DNA of 64,000 nt, taken from assembly GCA_965115835.1 (NCBI GenBank), contig OZ220471.1, forward strand, positions 1,095,037 to 1,159,036, given 5' to 3'. This DNA is from Gammaproteobacteria bacterium (lineage in GTDB: Bacteria; Pseudomonadota; Gammaproteobacteria; Steroidobacterales; Foliamicaceae). Each line of letters opens with the position of its first letter. The stretch's first letter is position 1. Below the pieces are notes generated by a model. That model had not been told where the DNA came from, searched no databases, and saw nothing but the letters and a program-made list of their open reading frames with translations. The position numbers were made by a program, and so were the translations under genes. Shown piece after piece: positions 9,049 to 18,779 of this stretch.

Positions 9049-9592
9049 GTCGATCACGTCGCGCGAAGAGAGCTTGCGCCGAACCCGGATCGCCAGACTC
9101 TCGCGGGTGAACTCGTCGAGCACATTAAGCGTCCAGAAGGCTCGCCCGTCATGAGTCCGGTGATGCATGAAGTCATAGGACCATAGATGATCCGCCCGCT
9201 CAGCTCGCAGCCGGAGGCAGGAGCCGTCGTTCAGCCAGAGCCTACCTCGTTTCGGTTGCTTGCCGGGAACCGTCAGCCCCTCGTGCCGCCACAGACGCTC
9301 GACCCTCTTGGCGTTGACCCGCCAGCCAGCATCGCGAAGCAGAACCGAGATCCTTCAGGTGGCGTAGCTGGCCGCCGTTCATACCGGTATACTCCTTGCA
9401 CCACCTGTAGAAGGTGACCTCGCTGATCCCGAGCCGCCGGGTCGCATCCGCCATCGACAGTCCCTGACCGTGCAATATCTCCGCCTGCCGCAGCAGACGA
9501 ACAATCTCTTCTGGCTTGTAGCGCTTTCTTGCCATCGCCGAGCTTCCTCTTTTCCATAACCTGAGGGTGGGGCCGTTTCAGGGGGAAGATCA
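9049..9592 (-). pseudogene. IS3-family (IS407-like) element, 3'-truncated: intact-looking orfA (9242-9535) plus an orfB fragment
   Basis: OrfA reads MARKRYKPEEIVRLLRQAEILHGQGLSMADATRRLGISEVTFYRWCKEYTGM. The orfB fragment ...FMHHRTHDGRAFWTLNVLDEFTRESLAIRVRRKLSSRDVIDTL breaks off at 9049. The probable IS end is TGATCTTCCCCCTGAAACGG (reverse complement ending at 9592). Confidence 0.7.
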
Positions 9593-10290
9593 ATGTATCT
9601 ATGCGATTTACAGCATTCCCATGGCCCGCAAGGGTGTGAGCGCCATGCAGTTGAGCAAGGAGCTTGGTTGCCAAGACCGCACCGCATGGCATATGCTCCG
9701 CCGTGTGCGCGAGGCTTGCGTCGAAGGAACGTTCACGCTTGATAGGGTCGTCAAAGCAGACGAAACCCATGTCGGCGGGCGGGAGCGCAACAAATACAAC
9801 GACAAGAAACTCAGGGCTGGTCGGGGAACTGTGAGTAAAACTATGGTGATGGAAGCGAGAGAATACGGCAGCAATGTGGTGATCAAGCCTGTCGAGGCCA
9901 CTGATGTGGCAACCCTTATCCCATTTGTCGAGTTGAGCGTGGACGAGGGCGCGACCGTCTACACGGAAGAATTGAGTGCGTATACGAAACTCGCCTATCT
10001 GATCAACCAATACAAGCGTGAAACCGCAACCCATAGTTCCGGGGAGTATGCGCGGTAACGCACACCCCAACTCCATGGGGAGTGTCTGGGTGGTTCTCGA
10101 GCGCTCCATTCACGGCGCATGGCACCATGTGTTGCCCAAGCATCTTGAGCACTACGTCATCGAGGTTACGTTCAGGCTCAATGAGAGCAACTGCGAGGTT
10201 GACACCATCGGCTGCATTGGGGGCAAGCGGCTGTCCTCCGCCGGTCTCATTGCCGACAGTGGCAAGTCCACTCGGGTGCTTCCCGCATGA
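9593..10290 (+). pseudogene. IS1595-family (ISXO2-like) transposase, 5'-truncated and frameshifted
   Basis: ...GVSAMQLSKELGCQDRTAWHMLRRVREA...KADETHVGGRERNK...GRGTVSKTMVM... is followed, in another frame, by ...HPNSMGSVWVVLERSIHGAWHHVLPKHLEHYVIEVTFRLNE. The frame change is near 10040. The remnant ends in an ATGA overlap with the methyltransferase start. Confidence 0.65.
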
Positions 10291-11189
10291 GCCTCAAGGC
10301 CGTTGACCTGTTCAGTGGCTGCGGTGGACTTAGTGCCGGGCTGATTGATGCGGGCATTGACGTGGTTGGTGCCTACGACAATTGGGAGCCAGCCCTTGCC
10401 ACCTATCGCCGAAATATCGACAGCCATGCCGACGCGCTGGACATTGCGGATGTGTTCAAGGCCGCTCGCGCCATCCTGTCGCGGGAGCCTGACTTAATAG
10501 CCGGCGGCCCGCCCTGTCAGGACTTCTCGACGGCTGGCAAGCGCATTGAGGCGGGACGCGCCAACCTGACGCTTGCCTTCGGGCTTGTCATTGAGGCTTG
10601 CGGCGCTCCCTATTTCCTCATGGAGAACGTTCCCCAAGTGCGGCTCAGCGAAACCTACAGCCGAATGCGGGACAGTCTGATTGCAGCTGGTTACCAGATT
10701 GCAGAAACTGTGCTGGACGCTAGTCGTTGCGGTGTTCCGCAGGTGCGAAAGCGGTTCTTCGCCTTTGGCACCAAGGCGGGTGCATCGGTATCCTTACAGT
10801 TCCTTGAGTCGATCAACAGCCGGTTGGCCGATGAGCAACTGACCGTGAAGGCGTACTTTGGGGATGAGATTGACGTGGAACACTACTACCGCCATCCCCG
10901 CAACTACTCCCGCCGTTCGGTGTTTTCCGTGCATGAGCCGTCGCCTACCGTGCGCGGCGTGAACCGCCCGGTGCCAAAGGGCTACAAGGGCAACCATTTG
11001 GATTCGGCGGATCCGCAAACCGTGCGCCCGTTAACCACCGTTGAGCGCAGCCGCGTACAGACTTTCCCCAAGGAATGGGACTGGAACTGCGGCGACCGGA
11101 ACGCAGACGCTGAAACACAGATCGGCAACGCGGTTCCGGTCGCGTTAGCTTCCTTCATCGGGCGCGGCATAGTCGATGCCGTCCAGTAG
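10287..11189 (+). CDS. DNA (cytosine-5)-methyltransferase
   Basis: Motif I DLFSGCGGLSAG, motif IV GGPPCQDFSTAGKR, motif VI FLMENVP, motif VIII GVPQVRKRFF, motif X QIGNAVPV. Confidence 0.9.
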   Translation: MSLKAVDLFSGCGGLSAGLIDAGIDVVGAYDNWEPALATYRRNIDSHADALDIADVFKAARAILSREPDLIAGGPPCQDFSTAGKRIEAGRANLTLAFGLVIEACGAPYFLMENVPQVRLSETYSRMRDSLIAAGYQIAETVLDASRCGVPQVRKRFFAFGTKAGASVSLQFLESINSRLADEQLTVKAYFGDEIDVEHYYRHPRNYSRRSVFSVHEPSPTVRGVNRPVPKGYKGNHLDSADPQTVRPLTTVERSRVQTFPKEWDWNCGDRNADAETQIGNAVPVALASFIGRGIVDAVQ

Positions 11190-12243
11190 CCCCGGCCCGT
11201 CGCTGTACGGAATCTCAGCGGAAAACTCCAGCCGAAGCGGTTCCGGGCTTTGGGGTAAGAATCAGTTCAATTCCACTTTTCCGCTATCGCTTTGCCTGTA
11301 CATGAGAGACACAGGAATCCGCCCGGTAGCGGTGGTGTATGACGGTGCCAAAGTGACAACCAGCGACAGGCGATGGAGCATGGAAAAGGTCATAGGCCAA
11401 TCGCCCTATAACCCCTACTACCACTTTGAGAGCGAGTTTGAGCCTTATCGCGCCCTCTCGCGCAACATCACTGACCACATAGACATCGTGGTTGAGATTG
11501 GCGGGTGTCACGCAAGAGCGCTGGAAGTGAAGCTGACTGTGGTGCCTGACAAGGGAACCGCCGAACTGCCGGAATCCGAATGGGCACCGGAAATGGTGAT
11601 GCGCCCAGTAAGCTCGGCTCACGCCATGATGGGCGTGGCAATGGCGCTGAAACAAGCTGGAGGCAACAAGCGTGAGAAGGCCGTTCAGCTTCTGCGCACG
11701 GCGTACAACGGCATATCGTCATGGGACAACACGCCCGAAGTTCTAAGCCACGCACAAGCGCTGTCACAGGCTCTGACGGGCGTTCTTGGCTTAGCCCGCG
11801 CCATTGAGTCGCCGTTTCTGTTGCAGCCCATATGGCGCACGAAAGGGCAATCCCTGAGCCTCAAGAAGCAGTGCTTTGATGTGTTCGTGTGGTCCGATGT
11901 CGCTGTCATGGCCATTCCCCTGATTGAGCATGGCAAAAATCCCGATGCTCCGATGAGCCGATGGCTGCGCGAGATCACCCGCCATGTGCGCAGTCTGTAC
12001 GACATACTGACTACCGGCGACTACGATTACGCGGGAATCTACAAGGGGATGCCTCACGGCGGGCAAACGGACAAGTCTTTTGCGTTGCCGGGACGGAAAG
12101 CCCTGAGCTATCTGGCCCACGGGCGCCTTCAAAGTCCGGCACTCGGCAAGTCGATTCTGTCGCACTTGGTGGGAAAGGCCGGAGCCAATGAGTTGAAACC
12201 TGAACGGCGGTTTGATGCCGCCGTGAAGGCTCACATGCTATGA
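11176..12243 (+). CDS. probable type II restriction endonuclease partner of the C5-methyltransferase
   Basis: Overlaps the methyltransferase stop by 14 nt. It has a PD-(D/E)xK-like arrangement, ...ITDHIDIVVEIGGCHARALEVKLTVVPD (D...E-V-K). No other family assignment is possible by eye. Confidence 0.55.
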   Translation: MPSSSPGPSLYGISAENSSRSGSGLWGKNQFNSTFPLSLCLYMRDTGIRPVAVVYDGAKVTTSDRRWSMEKVIGQSPYNPYYHFESEFEPYRALSRNITDHIDIVVEIGGCHARALEVKLTVVPDKGTAELPESEWAPEMVMRPVSSAHAMMGVAMALKQAGGNKREKAVQLLRTAYNGISSWDNTPEVLSHAQALSQALTGVLGLARAIESPFLLQPIWRTKGQSLSLKKQCFDVFVWSDVAVMAIPLIEHGKNPDAPMSRWLREITRHVRSLYDILTTGDYDYAGIYKGMPHGGQTDKSFALPGRKALSYLAHGRLQSPALGKSILSHLVGKAGANELKPERRFDAAVKAHML

Positions 12244-12377
12244 GGATTGCCCCCTGAAGAACCTGCACCTATATCAACTAAGGAGCCGAGGAATGAGCCG
12301 TTGAAGAATGACTTCCTTGACGCGTTGGCTCAGGACATGCCATTTCCCCCGCCCAAAGGGCACGAACCGTAACCCCA

Positions 12378-13939
12378 CTAGGAGCCTGTGCGCCGTAAGA
12401 TGACGTGAGGCTTGGCGAATCGTCCGGAACCTCAACAACTGCGTCTTTGCGCGGGTGCCGTTGGCCTGCGGGCCGTGGAATGACTGTCTGGCGGCTCAAG
12501 AAAGCCCGAATCGCCCCCCGATCCGCCCCAAGGCCGGGCGGAATCCCGGTCATGCGGCTGCCAAACACCCACGCATCCTCTTGATGTTCAACGCCAGGCA
12601 CACCAAGTCCCACTCGCCGCGTACCTTGTGAAGGCCGCGCACACTGAACCGTCGAAATCCCAGCGCCTGTTTGATCCACCCGATCGGCGCCTCCGAAAGC
12701 CACTTGCGCTCGGCGTATTGTGCACGACCCGCCTCCGTCGACAGCTTCGCCGCCATGCGCGCTTTCGCCGGATACTTGTGCGCGTCCACCGCCGCCTTGC
12801 GACGACCCTCCCGACCCAACGCCACATAGCCGTCTACTCCGAGCGCCTCCAGCTTCCCAAGGTCGGATTCGTTGCAATACCCCGCGTCCGCCAGCACCGT
12901 CGCCGGACGCTTCCCATAGATCGCCTTCAATTCATCCAGCGGCTTCACCAACTGCCCCTGGTCGCTGGCGTTCGACGACACCTGCGCCGAAACGATCATC
13001 CGGTTCGCTCCATCCACCGCCAACTGCGCGTTGTAGCACTGCTGATACCCTTGCGCAGAAGTCTTCATGATCCGACTCTCCGGATCCGTGAAATTGTCCT
13101 GCGCCTTCTCCTCGAGTTCCCCATACCCCCGCTTGTAGCACCACCCACCCTTCGGATTGCGCTGTTCACCGGGCCGCCGACCGCGCGCATCGTCCGCCTC
13201 ACGCGCACGCGCCTCAATACGAGCCTTCGCCGCACGAATCGCCGTCAACCGATCTTCCCGACGACGCAACTCCTTCGGCAACTCGTCGCCCCGATACTCT
13301 TCCCCAAAGCGCTCGTCCTCCGACTCATCCACCGTTCGCGCACGATCCAGCAACAAACCAATCTCCGACTCCAAACGACGCTCTTCCTCCCGCATCCGAC
13401 CGTAACTCATCGCCTTGCGCTTGGATGCGTTCGGACGAACCTTGGTTCCGTCTATCGACAGCTTGCCAAAGTTCGCCACGCCCAACTCGCACGCCAGACG
13501 AACCATCTCCACAAACAGCCTCTTGAAGTCCGACAAATGACGACGACGAAACTCGCAGATCGTCCGGTGGTTCGGAAAGTTCCCCGCCGCCAATACCCGA
13601 AACGCCACATCTTCCTCCAGCTTGCGCGCCAAACCGCGCGAGGAAAACACACCCGTCGCATACCCGTAGATCAGCACCTTCAGCATCATCCGCGGTTCAT
13701 ACGGCGACTTGCGACGACCGTCGCCTTCATACGGCGCGTAAAACACACCCAAGTCCAGATCGTCCACCAAGTCGCTGACATGGTGCGCCAAGTGACCCTC
13801 CGGCAGCCAATCCTTCATATCCGGCGGAAGCAACAAACCCTGATTCGGGCAATACGGGCGAAACGTCGTCGGCATCTCAAAACCTCCACTTCCCTATATG
13901 GGAATTATCGCATTGCGTTCCTACGGCGCAGGCTCCTAG
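12378..13939 (-). mobile_element. IS1182-family insertion sequence
   Basis: Terminal inverted repeats: CTAGGAGCCTGTGCGCCGTAAGA (12378-) versus the reverse complement of the right end, CTAGGAGCCTGCGCCGTAGGAA (ending 13939). They enclose a single 441-aa transposase. Confidence 0.75.
12550..13875 (-). CDS. IS1182-family transposase
   Basis: N-terminus LLPPDMKDWLPEGHLAHHVSDLVDDLDL...YEPRMMLKVLIYGYATGVFSSRGLARKLEEDVAFRVL (DUF772-like). The DDE region reads ...VLADAGYCNE.... Confidence 0.85.
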   Translation of the reverse strand: MPTTFRPYCPNQGLLLPPDMKDWLPEGHLAHHVSDLVDDLDLGVFYAPYEGDGRRKSPYEPRMMLKVLIYGYATGVFSSRGLARKLEEDVAFRVLAAGNFPNHRTICEFRRRHLSDFKRLFVEMVRLACELGVANFGKLSIDGTKVRPNASKRKAMSYGRMREEERRLESEIGLLLDRARTVDESEDERFGEEYRGDELPKELRRREDRLTAIRAAKARIEARAREADDARGRRPGEQRNPKGGWCYKRGYGELEEKAQDNFTDPESRIMKTSAQGYQQCYNAQLAVDGANRMIVSAQVSSNASDQGQLVKPLDELKAIYGKRPATVLADAGYCNESDLGKLEALGVDGYVALGREGRRKAAVDAHKYPAKARMAAKLSTEAGRAQYAERKWLSEAPIGWIKQALGFRRFSVRGLHKVRGEWDLVCLALNIKRMRGCLAAA

Positions 13940-14150
13940 CGCTGGGTTACGAGGACCGCAATGACCATGACGAGTTGCGCCACGACCCGTTGATGGCGTT
14001 GCTGTGGGCCGCCCGTACTGGACGGGTGCGCGCTGGTCACATCGTCGCAACTGTGACCGTGCGCTGGCCGGTTCAAGCATCTTGAACCGCTTGGGGTTGG
14101 GCACACAGGGACGAACACCTCCCGATTGTCGAAAAGTTTCGGGGTGCATC
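13940..14150 (+). pseudogene. internal fragment of an IS1380-family transposase gene
   Basis: The nucleotide sequence and translation (ALGYEDRNDHDELRHDPLMALL...SSILNRLGLG) parallel 31115-31300 of the intact IS1380 copy. It is cut on the left by the IS1182 end. Confidence 0.6.
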
Positions 14151-14441
14151 CTATATGTCTGGCTGTCCAGATTCAGATAGTATGATGTTCTGACCTCGCA
14201 AACTTATGCACGGAAGGCTTTATTCCGCAGTATCAGTGATCTTCTGGACATCTTCAATCCCCGCCTCACCGTGCGTCAATTCTATGAAATTGGCCAAATC
14301 AATGCATCCTTACTTCGGTTGGCTTGTGCTGCAGATGATCGAGACTGGCATCCACGACCTCAGTGACCCACTTGACGAGAAAGAAGTGAAGCCTTGGTCA
14401 ACCGGTAGCCATAGGTGCCGCTACATCGTAAAGGCAACTAC

Positions 14442-14708
14442 ATGAGTGCGGAAAGCAAGAAGCCGATCACGGAAAACGATGACAGCACTCTGGCGAGCAG
14501 GGAGAATGTCAGAGAGTCCGCCGCGTTGCAGGCCAACTTCGAGCAACTGATCGCGCATCTGCCCAAGGACAGCCTCGCTGCAAAACTCGTGACCGCCTAC
14601 GCGACACCAAGCGAAACTACGCCCGCCGATGCTGTCGCGAAGGTCGCCGCAACCCGTCTTGATGAACTGAAGCAAAGCCATGACGACACCGAAGATCAAA
14701 AAGATTGA
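14442..14708 (+). CDS. small acidic hypothetical protein (88 aa) overlapping the ATPase start
   Basis: MSAESKKPITENDDSTLASRENVRESAALQANFEQLIAHL...HDDTEDQKD. It overlaps the downstream ATPase gene by 29 nt and has a weak RBS. Coding status is not proven. Confidence 0.4.
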   Translation: MSAESKKPITENDDSTLASRENVRESAALQANFEQLIAHLPKDSLAAKLVTAYATPSETTPADAVAKVAATRLDELKQSHDDTEDQKD

Positions 14709-17205
14709 GGTTCAGGGCTTCCGTGCGTTTGGCCGAAAGGGACAGACGCTCTTGTTCGACTCGGTACTTGCCGCCATCTGGGCATCCAACAGCCAAGGCA
14801 AGACTAGTCTTGCCGAAGCGTTCGAGTTTTTGCTAACCGGACAGATTGTTCGACGCCAGCTTGTAGCTAGTACCCAAGACGAATTTGCTGACGCCCTGCG
14901 CAATGCCCATATGCCGGCCCACATGCCCGCCTATGTCGAGGCAGAGATCACCGACACAGACGGCAAGCTACACAGGATCAGGCGGACACTTATCTCGGAC
15001 TATGCCAAGCGGAAAGACTGCCAGTCAGCGCTGCAAATTGATGGCAGAGACGTGAAGGAAAGCAATTTCGCTGCCCTCGGCATTGAGTTCTCACAACCGC
15101 CGCTCGCCGCGCCGGTGCTGGCGCAACATACGCTCGGCTATCTCTTTTCGGCCCGCCCAACGGATCGCTCCGCATATTTCAAGAAACTCCTTGAGGTCAC
15201 GAACCTAGAAGAGTTGCGTGGCGCGGTGGCTGTACTCGACACCAAGTTCAAAGCCAATGAGAACGACCAGTGGTGGGTACAGCTTAAGGCTGCCGCAGCG
15301 ATCAAAGACGCGGCGCCATTCCTGACGCCCCTCAAGACAGCTGTTCCGACACGTGCCAATATTGCCACCGCTCTTGATGAGGCGATCACAGCTATCTTGT
15401 CCACGAACGGACAGCCATTGTCGGCGATGCCCGACGAGCGCTTGGCAGCGCTTGACGAACTGCTCCTCAAGTATCGTGCCCGGGCTTTCCCTGTTGACGG
15501 ATTTGCTAGGAAAAGGCTAATAAATTGGGAGGAACCCGCCCAAGGAGAATGGGACAAGCTCAATGCCTACTTAGCGGTGCGCGAAACGGTCGAGGAGGAA
15601 ACGCGCCGACTGACTGTGCTCTTCAAGGAGGCCTTGGCTATCCCCACCGTCGATACGGCGACGCAACCCATCGATTGCCTGCTGTGCGGCAAAGAAGGCA
15701 GCCTGACACCCGAGCGCATTGCGCTTATCCGCACACGGACGCAAGAGACCGAGGCCTTTCAGGCCGCCAATACAGCTGCGATGGACGCTCTGCACGGCTT
15801 GGCCGCGTCCGCCCACGCTCTTGGTACTGCCACTGCCGCCTGCCCCCACTTTCTCACTATGAATTCAAGGGAGCGTCGGCTCAAGGGGTTCCGAGTAGAG
15901 CGTATTCGGGTGTTGCTGGGAGCGGATGCGCCTGCTGTCGTTGATCCTTGGCTACAGGCTCTCCGCAACCTTGCCCGCGCGCGAGTGGACATTGCTGCCA
16001 CCGCCAGAGCTCTCAGGGCCGAAGTCAACGGCTATATGGAGAAACCAGAGACCCTGCCTCATTTGCAACCCTTAAGGAGCCGCTTCAATGACGCTACCAC
16101 CGCTTATAACAGTTTCTCGAAGCTTCTGAGGCTCTACATTGATGCTCAAAAAGCTCTCCTGGAACGGATCGCGGCCGTCATTGATCCTGCTAGTGACGCT
16201 GGCGGCTGGCAGGCACTCATCAATCTTGCCAAAGACCAAGATTTGCTTCGAGCAAGCCTGATTGAGCGCCAAGCCCGGGTGACTCTGCAAAGGGAACTGA
16301 AGGAAGCGATACGCCAAATCGACAGGGGTAACGAGAAGGTTCTCGACAACAAATTCGCGGATCTGAGCAACGATATTCAGCACTGGTGGGAGTTGCTCCG
16401 CCCGGACGAGGCAACCTTCTTTTCGGCCGTTAGACCCCGTGAAGGTGCGCGGCGTACCGTGGACATCAAGGCCGGCCTATCGCTTGACGCCGGCCGAATC
16501 GCCCCGAAGTTGCGAAATGTCATCGCTGTGTTCAGCCAGTCCCAGCTTCACTGTCTGGGCCTCGCGCTCTTCATCGCCCGCGCTCTGCGCGAGGGGGCCG
16601 GTTTCGTGGTGCTTGATGATCCGATCTTGGCAAGCGATGAGGATTATCGGGCTTATTTCAAGACAGCCTTCCTTGAGAAGTTGATCGATGCCAATGTCCA
16701 GATAATTGTCCTTACCCAAGACCAGAAGATGTGGAAGGACTTAGAGCAACGATATGCCTACAAGAACATTGACATGTTCCAGTTGGCTTTAATAAACCGG
16801 TCGGCTGGCACAAAGGTCACCAATAAAGGCGACAACCTCATAGCCATGCTTTCTCGTGCCAAAGTGCTCGTACAGGGCGGCCTCCCCGAGGAATGCAAGC
16901 AGGCGGGTGAACTTCTGCGTAATGCCGCAGAGCGGTTCTGCAAGGAGATGCTGGTCAGGGACCGGTGGGCCAAGGGATACCGTGAAGCCGCCCTAAGTGA
17001 TTATGACGGCAATAACCTCGGGCAACTAGAACCCAAGGTGAGGCGGTTGCTCACGGCTGATCCGTCGCACTCAGGCAAGCTGCGCTCAATGGGTAGCCAA
17101 CTCAACCCTGCCAAGCACGACGACGACACGCCCGATCAAGGCACCATCAATGTCGTCCTCGGCGATCTAAAATGTCTTACAAAGAAGTATCTTCCTTACG
17201 CATAA
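14680..17205 (+). CDS. SMC/RecN/ABC-like AAA ATPase (841 aa) with long central coiled coil and an uncharacterised C-terminal domain
   Basis: The N-terminus IKKIEVQGFRAFG...WASNSQGKTSLAEAFEFLLTG is an SMC-head Walker A. About 350 aa of helical heptad-like sequence follows. The C-terminal head reads FSQSQLHCLGLALFIARAL...GFVVLDDPILASDEDYR (signature-like motif plus Walker B). About 190 aa of unassigned tail remains. GC is lower than in the flanks. Confidence 0.85.
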   Translation: MTTPKIKKIEVQGFRAFGRKGQTLLFDSVLAAIWASNSQGKTSLAEAFEFLLTGQIVRRQLVASTQDEFADALRNAHMPAHMPAYVEAEITDTDGKLHRIRRTLISDYAKRKDCQSALQIDGRDVKESNFAALGIEFSQPPLAAPVLAQHTLGYLFSARPTDRSAYFKKLLEVTNLEELRGAVAVLDTKFKANENDQWWVQLKAAAAIKDAAPFLTPLKTAVPTRANIATALDEAITAILSTNGQPLSAMPDERLAALDELLLKYRARAFPVDGFARKRLINWEEPAQGEWDKLNAYLAVRETVEEETRRLTVLFKEALAIPTVDTATQPIDCLLCGKEGSLTPERIALIRTRTQETEAFQAANTAAMDALHGLAASAHALGTATAACPHFLTMNSRERRLKGFRVERIRVLLGADAPAVVDPWLQALRNLARARVDIAATARALRAEVNGYMEKPETLPHLQPLRSRFNDATTAYNSFSKLLRLYIDAQKALLERIAAVIDPASDAGGWQALINLAKDQDLLRASLIERQARVTLQRELKEAIRQIDRGNEKVLDNKFADLSNDIQHWWELLRPDEATFFSAVRPREGARRTVDIKAGLSLDAGRIAPKLRNVIAVFSQSQLHCLGLALFIARALREGAGFVVLDDPILASDEDYRAYFKTAFLEKLIDANVQIIVLTQDQKMWKDLEQRYAYKNIDMFQLALINRSAGTKVTNKGDNLIAMLSRAKVLVQGGLPEECKQAGELLRNAAERFCKEMLVRDRWAKGYREAALSDYDGNNLGQLEPKVRRLLTADPSHSGKLRSMGSQLNPAKHDDDTPDQGTINVVLGDLKCLTKKYLPYA

Positions 17206-17289
17206 AGGCTCTCGGTCAATTTTCTACTTGCAATACGGGTCAGCCATGTGCGCAATCGGTCCCCTCGGGAAAGCTCAGCCTTCCTCCTG

Positions 17290-17715
17290 CGGATCGGCAG
17301 CACCGCTACGGTCTCACAGTCACTTTGGAGGTGCGCCGGGCGCGGGAGAATATTCTGGCGATGGCTTGGGACGGGGCGAGGCTGTGGGCCTCCGGGTTGG
17401 TCGGTGCGTTGCTGTGCCTGACGCTGATCTGGGTGCGGAGGGACGGGCACCGAACCCGGCGCTTCGCCCATGAGCGCGCGTTTGCACAGGAGCGACTGCC
17501 CTTAGTCGAGGGAAAGACTGGCGTTCGCGCCACCATCGCCTGAACGGATTTGCATCGGCGGCTTCTTCGCCCGGGCCTGCTGTTCTGCGTCCTGAGAAAC
17601 CGGATACCAAAGGCGCGGGGATGCAACGAAACCGCCAGCAGCAAGAACGGCGACTCGGCGCCTGCCCGCCACCCGTGAGTCAGGCGCGACTACGGGCGCT
17701 GGCTCTGATGGTCGC
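17290..17715 (+). pseudogene. relic of a second copy of the 2-TM gene 3' half plus the first 5 relaxase codons
   Basis: 17290-17715 aligns with 19028-19474 (for example GGTCTCACAGTCACTTTGGAGG...GACTACGGGCGCTGGCTCTGATGGTCGCCTCGA). Homology ends abruptly after ATGGTCGCCTCGA at 17715, where low-GC DNA begins. Confidence 0.6.
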
Positions 17716-17899
17716 CTCGACCGGCAAAATTGCTTATTCAGCTCAGTGACCGAACCGAGGTGTAGCAGGGTCAGGGTGTTGTCTGGACAGGGCGACATGG
17801 CTCTTGAAAAGCTCAGGCCTGAACACCACATCGTGTTACTACGGCAGGAAATACTTCAGCGTAGTAGCACCAAGCAAACTCGAAAAGGAGGTGATAGCG

Positions 17900-18040
17900 A
17901 TGGCGCGAAAGAAGAATCTTGAAGTAACGGGCAAGAAAGCAGCGTCCGCTGCATCCAAAGTACTTCGCAACCCGAGAGCTAGCAAGGCTGCCAAATCAGC
18001 AGCGGGCTCTGCGCTCACCCAACGGCCAAACAAGAAGTAG
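17900..18040 (+). CDS. small basic protein (46 aa), Lys/Ala-rich
   Basis: Strong RBS AAGGAGGTGA 7 nt upstream of the ATG. Sequence MARKKNLEVTGKKAASAASKVLRNPRASKAAKSAAGSALTQRPNKK. A hairpin follows about 50 nt downstream. Confidence 0.5.
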   Translation: MARKKNLEVTGKKAASAASKVLRNPRASKAAKSAAGSALTQRPNKK

Positions 18041-18091
18041 GCTGGCCTTTCCACTATTGATTGAGCGGATTTTATATTCGCTTTTCTGTCT

Positions 18092-18121
18092 ATGTTCTTG
18101 GCGTGATTGCGCCAAGAACAT
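18092..18121 (+). terminator. perfect 12-bp stem hairpin, possible terminator
   Basis: ATGTTCTTGGCG-TGATTG-CGCCAAGAACAT, followed by AAGTGCTTATTT. The T-tract is weak. Confidence 0.4.
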
Positions 18122-18779
18122 AAGTGCTTATTTGGGCTCTGAAAGGATGGCCACCTTGATCGGTGTAGTGGCGAATCCGCCCTAAGGCGCAAGCTATCAC
18201 GAAAAGGAAGCTGCCGCGGAAAGTATCCGCCCAAGCACTGGCATGCCCATGTTTGGTCAGGCAATGGCAATAAATCGCCCGGTCTCGAAGACCCGGTCGT
18301 CCCCAACGACTCAAGGCGGCGCTGAAAAGTATAGTGCCGAATGGCTCGGGGAAGTGCCTTGGCCGCAGGGTGGCGAAGGCTGCCAAAGCCTTGGTGCAAA
18401 ATGACTTTCACGGTTCCAAAGTCCGTCTTCCTCACCAAGCTGGTCGAGGGTGATGAGCACATTGTCGAGGTCCACAGCCGGGTGGCAGGCACACCCTTCC
18501 GGCCCATCAATGCTGCAATGTTTGTCCGCAGGATCAGAGCAGACCAAAGCTTCAATCATAGCCCTGCTGATATCGGCGCATGTGTGTCGACAAATCATTG
18601 GTATTCCTAAACTAATGTGATCAGAAAGGACACGATTTCGCATCATTTTTCCGCTATGATGGCAACGGGAACATCCCGCAAAGACTCCCTGGAAACCGCC
18701 CCATGACCCGGCATTTTGACAGGATGCGGCGATATTCCGGCAACGACCGCAGCAAGGAGAGCTATCACTGGAAAACCGC

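Noticed and set aside
12628-14085. 485-aa ORF antisense to the IS1182 transposase
   Set aside because: It is a shadow frame of a real gene: a monotone Arg/Leu/Pro composition, while the opposite strand has clear transposase motifs.
18311-18646. Choosing between the overlapping ORFs 18311-18646 (minus, Cys-rich) and 18341-18610 (plus)
   Set aside because: Neither has a convincing RBS or a recognisable motif, so I did not report either as a feature.
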